DNA of 52,651 bases from a virus (lineage: Duplodnaviria > Caudoviricetes): positions 1-52,651 of the IMG/VR virus record IMGVR_UViG_3300021599_002177, one strand, 5' to 3'. The notes beneath the pieces are model-generated. The model saw only the letters and a program-made list of their open reading frames with translations. It made no database searches and had not been told where the DNA came from. A program made the position numbers and the translations under genes. Below are positions 47,688 through 52,651 of the stretch, in pieces; the stretch's first letter is position 1, and each line of letters starts with the position of its first letter.

Positions 47688-48036
47688 TGAGCAAGCGCTC
47701 GCCGTTGAGACAGAGCCAGTAGCGATTAAAGAAGAACCAAAGAAGGACAAGAAAGCCCCAACTTTTCAAGCCAACCCTGAAAAGTATGTTTATCTTTCAG
47801 CTTTGAAAGTAAATGCTTATGAAGGTAATTCTGAGTCAGTCAAGACAGTTCAACTGCGGTTGAATGATTTAGGCTTTAGTTCAGTAATGAATGACAAGTT
47901 TGGTCGTCTTGGTGAAGGAGCAGTTGAAGCGATCAACGCATTTAGAAAGTCCAAGGGACTTAGTGAGTGCGGTTGCTTTGATGAAGAAGTTTTGGCTTAT
48001 CTCTTTGATGGTCAAAGTGTTGGAGTTCTTCCATAA
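47653..48036 (+). CDS. Peptidoglycan-binding domain protein, N-terminus unclear
   Basis: VKTVQLRLNDLGF...G.LG.....AINAFRKSKGL...G. Confidence 0.65.
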   Translation: MPLLGSLVPSTSEQALAVETEPVAIKEEPKKDKKAPTFQANPEKYVYLSALKVNAYEGNSESVKTVQLRLNDLGFSSVMNDKFGRLGEGAVEAINAFRKSKGLSECGCFDEEVLAYLFDGQSVGVLP

Positions 48037-48093
48037 ATTAAGACAACAAAAAACCCCCTTCCTTTTGGTAGGGGGTTCTTTGTTTTAGGGGTT

Positions 48094-48435
48094 TTATACT
48101 TGTGCAAAGATTTTCAATAAGCGGTCTGCATAATCTTTATCAAGACCTAATTGCTCACCTTCATCATCATAACCCCCTGCAATAACTACATCACCGAGAA
48201 TTACATCAGGAAAGTTTGGGAAGTTAGCCAACCAAATTTCAGTGGCTCTTGAATTTACTGGAAGACCCTGCAACTTTCCTTCTTCATTCATAATAAGTGT
48301 GTAACCACTTGCAAGAGTCTTTGGCTCAATAAGACCACCTACCGCCATTTGAAGTGTTAGTAGTTCGTTACTATCTGCCGTTAGGTCAATGATAGAAGCG
48401 TTTCCTTCTGCGGTTAGTTTAATTGCTAGTTTCAT
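48094..48435 (-). CDS. DUF3846 family protein
   Basis: LQ.AVGG.IE...NEEGKL.GLP.N..AT...I.GDVV. Confidence 0.85.
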   Translation of the reverse strand: MKLAIKLTAEGNASIIDLTADSNELLTLQMAVGGLIEPKTLASGYTLIMNEEGKLQGLPVNSRATEIWLANFPNFPDVILGDVVIAGGYDDEGEQLGLDKDYADRLLKIFAQV

Positions 48436-48584
48436 TTGTTTTCTCCCTAGTGTGGTACTTGGTTTCCCACTACCGAAAGAATAGATTACTTTCCTGCACT
48501 TTGCAAGATTAAAGGGAAGCTTTTGTGCGGTGTGTCTTAGAAAAAGAAAAAGCCCCCCTTGGATAGGGGGGCTAATTCTTGCGG

Positions 48585-48845
48585 TTACTTGGTTAGGAGT
48601 AAGTCCAAGATTTCGCTATCTGAAAGGTTGCGGTAAGGGTTCTCATAAGAGTTTGGATTCTCTTCAGTTACCTTAACCTTTAGTACGGTTGCATTCATTC
48701 CCTTTGCATTCTTTGCGGTTTCAGTAATTAAATCGCAAGCATTTGTTGCGGTATCAACATGGAAAGAATAATCTCTTTCTGTAGTGATTGTTCCGTTTGA
48801 AGTTTCTTCTGTGTACTTAACTGTAATTTGAACTCCGTATGACAT
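48585..48845 (-). CDS. Hypothetical
   Basis: Own promoter, leader hairpin, AAGGGAG RBS and terminator. Confidence 0.7.
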   Translation of the reverse strand: MSYGVQITVKYTEETSNGTITTERDYSFHVDTATNACDLITETAKNAKGMNATVLKVKVTEENPNSYENPYRNLSDSEILDLLLTK

Positions 48846-48946
48846 TTGTTTTCTCCCTTTTTGTTATTGAAGCCCCTTGCTTCAATAAGTAAAAGATATT
48901 CTACTTTCCTGCACTTTACAAGTTTATAAGTAGTCATTTCGTGTAC

Positions 48947-49086
48947 ATGACTAGTCATACTTTTTTAGGCTAATAGTCAGTAGGTTACTAGTCAGTAGGT
49001 TACTAGTCAGTAGGTTAGAGGGTAGTAGTTACTAGTCAGTAAGTTACTAGTCAGTAAGTTACTAGTGAGTAGTAGTTAGTAGTAAG
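48947..49086. repeat. Tandem array of 15-bp TTACTAGTCAGTARG units
   Basis: Exact units at 48985, 49000, 49029, 49044; degenerate at 48971, 49015, 49059; palindrome ATGACTAGTCAT at 48947. Confidence 0.9.
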
Positions 49087-49434
49087 ACCTATGAATAATA
49101 AAAAGCACATATATATTAAAAGAAAAACTAGAATAAAAATAACAATAAATAGCCCATAAATCTCCACAAAAAATAAAAAATAAAAATAGAGGGGCATGCT
49201 TGCTACAAAATTTATTTTTAAAAGTTAAAAAAGTGTCTTTCAAAAAGGGGGAAAAAATAAAAGATTTTTTTAGAAAAAAAGCCCGGAACGATTTTGAAAA
49301 ACCCGGAAATATACTTCTGCCTTCTCCGGGGCCAAAAGCAAAATATGGAAAGGTTCATATATTTTAAGCTGTCGTACAAGATTGGATCCCCTTTCTTCTC
49401 GTACACCCTTCTAAAAACTCTGTACAATAAGATC

Positions 49435-49932
49435 ATGCTGAACCCGCCTAAACTTCCGATAGAGGAGGTCATCTACATCTCGACGCTTACACGCTCAGAG
49501 ATGGAGTCACGCCTACGCTCACTGTGGAAGGCAGGTTGGTCACTGGGGGTTATTGGCAATTCCCTCAACCCAGTTGTCCCTAAGACTACGATCCACTTCT
49601 GGGTCCGTAGAGCAGAAGATGCTAAGCAGTTAAAAGCAGTTCCACTGCCACCTCCAAAATCTTTAACCACCTCCGTACCCACCAAGCATGCTCCTCGTCT
49701 CAAGTCCATATCTCCGGGCGTACCTCCAGAGATCAGAACCAGACTTCGTGAGCTTTCGGTCCTCTCAAAACGCTATAGAGCTAAGACACCTCCAACTAGC
49801 CCTCTAGCTCAGGCAAACAACGAGCTCACTCAGATTGCAAGGCAGCTCAGAAGCCGTGGAGTGCCTACAGCAGCCATAGCTGAGGCCGCTGGGGTCACAT
49901 ACCGTGCTATGGCAAGGCGTCTTAGTCAATGA
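49435..49932 (+). CDS. Double-HTH DNA-binding protein
   Basis: GWSL..IG...PKTTIHFWV and GVPTAAIAEAAGVTYRAMARRL; TACAAT-N6-ATG at 49435. Confidence 0.75.
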   Translation: MLNPPKLPIEEVIYISTLTRSEMESRLRSLWKAGWSLGVIGNSLNPVVPKTTIHFWVRRAEDAKQLKAVPLPPPKSLTTSVPTKHAPRLKSISPGVPPEIRTRLRELSVLSKRYRAKTPPTSPLAQANNELTQIARQLRSRGVPTAAIAEAAGVTYRAMARRLSQ

Positions 49933-50267
49933 GCCGCCTCTATAAAACAAAAAGCGGCACATACAAGGACACCGAACTGGTTGTGGTTGTTTGGAAGAAC
50001 CCTAAAAAATCTAAAAGACCTCAATCACGATCCCTTGAGACTATGTCTGCACCTAACTCGAGTTATCCGATGGCTTTCCCGTTAGCCGCTCTTAAGAGTC
50101 ACTATGCGTGGAAAGAGGCAAAGCATGTAAAAAGCTCTGAAGACTTTGATACGAGCATCGAGACTAGCTCTAGAGAAGCTCCAGTGATACTTGATTTACA
50201 TTTAGCAGGTTACACGCTAGGCTGGAACGACTTTTATGTCCCTGAAGAATACACAGAGTTTGGATAA
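49929..50267 (+). CDS. Hypothetical
   Basis: ATGA overlap. Confidence 0.65.
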   Translation: MSRLYKTKSGTYKDTELVVVVWKNPKKSKRPQSRSLETMSAPNSSYPMAFPLAALKSHYAWKEAKHVKSSEDFDTSIETSSREAPVILDLHLAGYTLGWNDFYVPEEYTEFG

Positions 50268-50272
50268 GCCTT

Positions 50273-50641
50273 TTGAGAGCAGTATCTGATGTCTTCCCAG
50301 CGTTAGTTTGGATTGCCCCACCCGGTTCCGTTGGTCTTGATGAGCTTTCTATACCTGGACCATCGCCTCAAGGCACTCGCAAGGTAGATAGAGTCAGAGT
50401 TGTACTTCTTGGTGACAGTATTCTGATAGCGCAGGACTCTCCACAAGGGCCTACACTTGTCTTCAGAGAGAAGTACACCCATAGACACGTCGATGGGAAG
50501 CTTCAAGCAGTTTTAACAGAGTCCGAAAAGGTTGTGGCTTTTATTAAGGACGCTTCTTGCGGTTGTGGGTCGCGTCTTAGAGGTTGGAATCCATATGGAC
50601 AGAACAATTCCGTCTACTCGAATCAGGACCCAACAGAATGA
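50273..50641 (+). CDS. Hypothetical
   Basis: CGCGSRLR.WNP motif. Confidence 0.7.
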   Translation: MRAVSDVFPALVWIAPPGSVGLDELSIPGPSPQGTRKVDRVRVVLLGDSILIAQDSPQGPTLVFREKYTHRHVDGKLQAVLTESEKVVAFIKDASCGCGSRLRGWNPYGQNNSVYSNQDPTE

Positions 50642-50934
50642 AAGATATAACTCTTCTGCAGTTTGTTCTTCTAGGGCTAGCTACATACCGTGTAACTCGC
50701 CTAGTAACTCGTGACATGGTTACAGCCCCTTTGCGTAACGCCTTTTGGAAAAAGTTTCCACCAGAGTCTTCCTACATTGGCTATTTATCCACTTGTGAGT
50801 GGTGTTTTAGCTTTTGGATAGGATCAGGGTTTGTAATTTCGGCTATCATTATTCCATCAGTAACCTACATAGTTGCTACCGTTTATGCGGTATCTGCTAT
50901 AGCAGGACTGTTGACTGCATATGAAGATAAGTAA
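50638..50934 (+). CDS. DUF1360-like membrane protein
   Basis: LATYRVTRLVTRD....PLR...L.TC.WC.SFW; start moved to MKDI. Confidence 0.8.
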   Translation: MKDITLLQFVLLGLATYRVTRLVTRDMVTAPLRNAFWKKFPPESSYIGYLSTCEWCFSFWIGSGFVISAIIIPSVTYIVATVYAVSAIAGLLTAYEDK

Positions 50935-50972
50935 GACTTCATATTCCGCAACTAGGATGACAAGGAGTTACC

Positions 50973-52651
50973 GTGGGTCTATTCACTAACGACACACCTA
51001 ATCAACCAACTCCTCCACCATCTAAGCCAAAGCGTAAGAGAACTAAGTCAACATTTTCTCGTTCCACACAAGTAATTCAGGCTCCAAAGCCTTCAACAAT
51101 TTCTTCCGTGTTTACTAACACAGCACAATCTGCAAGCTACTCAACTCCTAGAACTCTTACAGCTGCAGCGGCTCAAATTAAAGTTAATGACAAGGGTGAA
51201 TTTGAGCAATTTAGAATTCGTCGCTCTGCTGGATCAAGCGCATGGCAAGCAGAAGCTTGGGAATATTATGATGCAATTGGTGAAATCAAATATGCATTTA
51301 ATTTAGTTGCATCAGTTGTTTCACGAATCAGAATTTATGCAGCAGTAATTGATGATCCATCAGAGACTCCAATTTCTGTTCGTCAATCAGAGTTAATTGA
51401 TGATCGTCTTGGTGCAGCAGCAGAGCGTGCACTTGCACGATTGAACTCTGCATACGGTGGACAAGCTGGACTTCTCAGAGATGCTGCACTTAACCTTGCA
51501 GTAGCTGGAGAATGTTATTTAGTTCAGATGCCAGCTAAACCATCTCAGAGATTGCCTGAGTCTTGGGACATTCGTTCTGTTGATGAAGTAACAACCGATC
51601 CTCGTGGCGGTTTTAATGTTATTGGAAGACGTGAACAATCAACCACTACACAAGGTGGAAACGGTCAAGCATCTAAGCTAGGCAAGGATGCATTTGTTGG
51701 ACGCATCTGGCGTTCACATCCACGTTTTTCTGACGAAGCAGATTCATCACTTCGTGGTTTGCTAGATCTCTGCGCTGAACTACTTCTCCTCAACAGAACA
51801 TTCCGTGCAACTGCACGCTCTCGTCTCAATGCAGGTGCTCTCTACTTGCCAGACGGACTTTCTGTTGCTTCACAAGGCGATGGAGATTTCCCTTACGACT
51901 CAGAAGATGGCATTGGTCCAAACTTTACTGCTGAAGAAGCAGAAGATGAGTTCGAAGAGCAACTAATGGATGCAATGACAACTCCGATTCGTGACGAAGA
52001 GTCCGCATCAGCAGTTGTCCCACTTATTATTCGTGGTCCTGCAGAACTTGGCGACAAGATTAAGCAGTTTAAGTTCGAGCGTTCATTTGACCCAGCACTT
52101 GCAGAGCGTTCAGATCGTGTACTAGAGCGTATCTTGCAGGGACTTGATGTTCCAAAGGATGTTGTAACAGGTCTTGCAAATGTTAAGTACTCAAATGCAA
52201 TGCAGATTGATGAATCACTTTACAAGGCGCACATCGAGCCACTTATGTTGCTCATTGCAGATGCTCTAACAGTTGTTTATCTTCGCCCATACCTCATCGC
52301 AAATGGTTTTGAAGAGACACAAGTAAATCGCATCGTCGTTTGGTATGACCCATCAGCAATTGCAACTCGTAATGACCGTGCAACAGATGCTGACGCAGGA
52401 TTTGACCGTATGGCAGTCTCTGCAAACACATGGCGTCGTGCTCACGGCTTCTCAGATGCAGATGCACCAACTCCAAAGGAACTTTCAATCAGACTCCTAC
52501 AAGAGCGTGGTGTATTTACTCCAGAATTTACAGAAGCAATGCTTTCAGCAGTTGCTCCAGAAGTTATTAACACTGTTCGTTCTCAGCAACAGCAGTCTTC
52601 AGTTGCACCTATCCCACCTGAGCTACAAGCAGCACTAGATGCAGCAAGTGA
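50973..52651 (+). CDS. Portal protein (runs off right edge)
   Basis: GTG after AAGGAG, open to window end; WQAEAWEYYDAIGEIKY...SRIRIYAA, IWRSHPR...ADS, SRLNAGALYLP, ASAVVP, GLDVP as in actinophage portals. Confidence 0.85.
   Translation, partial: MGLFTNDTPNQPTPPPSKPKRKRTKSTFSRSTQVIQAPKPSTISSVFTNTAQSASYSTPRTLTAAAAQIKVNDKGEFEQFRIRRSAGSSAWQAEAWEYYDAIGEIKYAFNLVASVVSRIRIYAAVIDDPSETPISVRQSELIDDRLGAAAERALARLNSAYGGQAGLLRDAALNLAVAGECYLVQMPAKPSQRLPESWDIRSVDEVTTDPRGGFNVIGRREQSTTTQGGNGQASKLGKDAFVGRIWRSHPRFSDEADSSLRGLLDLCAELLLLNRTFRATARSRLNAGALYLPDGLSVASQGDGDFPYDSEDGIGPNFTAEEAEDEFEEQLMDAMTTPIRDEESASAVVPLIIRGPAELGDKIKQFKFERSFDPALAERSDRVLERILQGLDVPKDVVTGLANVKYSNAMQIDESLYKAHIEPLMLLIADALTVVYLRPYLIANGFEETQVNRIVVWYDPSAIATRNDRATDADAGFDRMAVSANTWRRAHGFSDADAPTPKELSIRLLQERGVFTPEFTEAMLSAVAPEVINTVRSQQQQSSVAPIPPELQAALDAAS

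Larger units (their letters stand above)
38963..48578. terminator. Series of intrinsic terminators closing the cassettes
   Basis: GC stems + T-tracts at about 38963, 39581, 40469, 41005, 41383, 41851, 42258, 42821, 43314, 44258, 45384, 48047 (bidirectional), 48546. Confidence 0.85.

Noticed and set aside
48971-49086. CRISPR array
   Set aside because: 15-bp units are directly tandem with no unique spacers; no cas genes.
52294-52638. Short track ORFs at the right edge
   Set aside because: Alternative frames inside the portal gene.

Overview
A 52.6-kb slice of a large dsDNA tailed phage, probably infecting Actinobacteria (WhiB, DUF3039-like and FmdB-like genes, actinophage-type portal, many leaderless starts). 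1-24.9 kb (mostly minus strand): nucleotide metabolism (thyX, dCMP deaminase, nrdJ, thioredoxin), two tRNAs, HNH nucleases, a CHAP lysis cluster, speD, a flavin halogenase, a 2OG-Fe(II) oxygenase, an ABC-GNAT fusion and six DUF6065-like paralogues. 25-29 kb: small genes ending in a putative small terminase. 29-49 kb: an early-type region of short promoter-gene-terminator cassettes, closed by a 15-bp tandem array. 49-52.6 kb: HTH, DUF1360-like and portal genes. The most unusual signal is RNA-level: three consecutive operons end in hairpins whose loops are antisense to their own 5' leaders, and a stand-alone ~105-nt triple hairpin shows UCCCU loops complementary to the AGGGA ribosome-binding sites and AAGGG leader loops of the cassettes. 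A 21-bp box (~20 copies) and a CCNGGAA box (>20 copies) punctuate the same region. Several genes appear to lack internal segments. All calls are by eye; no searches or folding programs were run.
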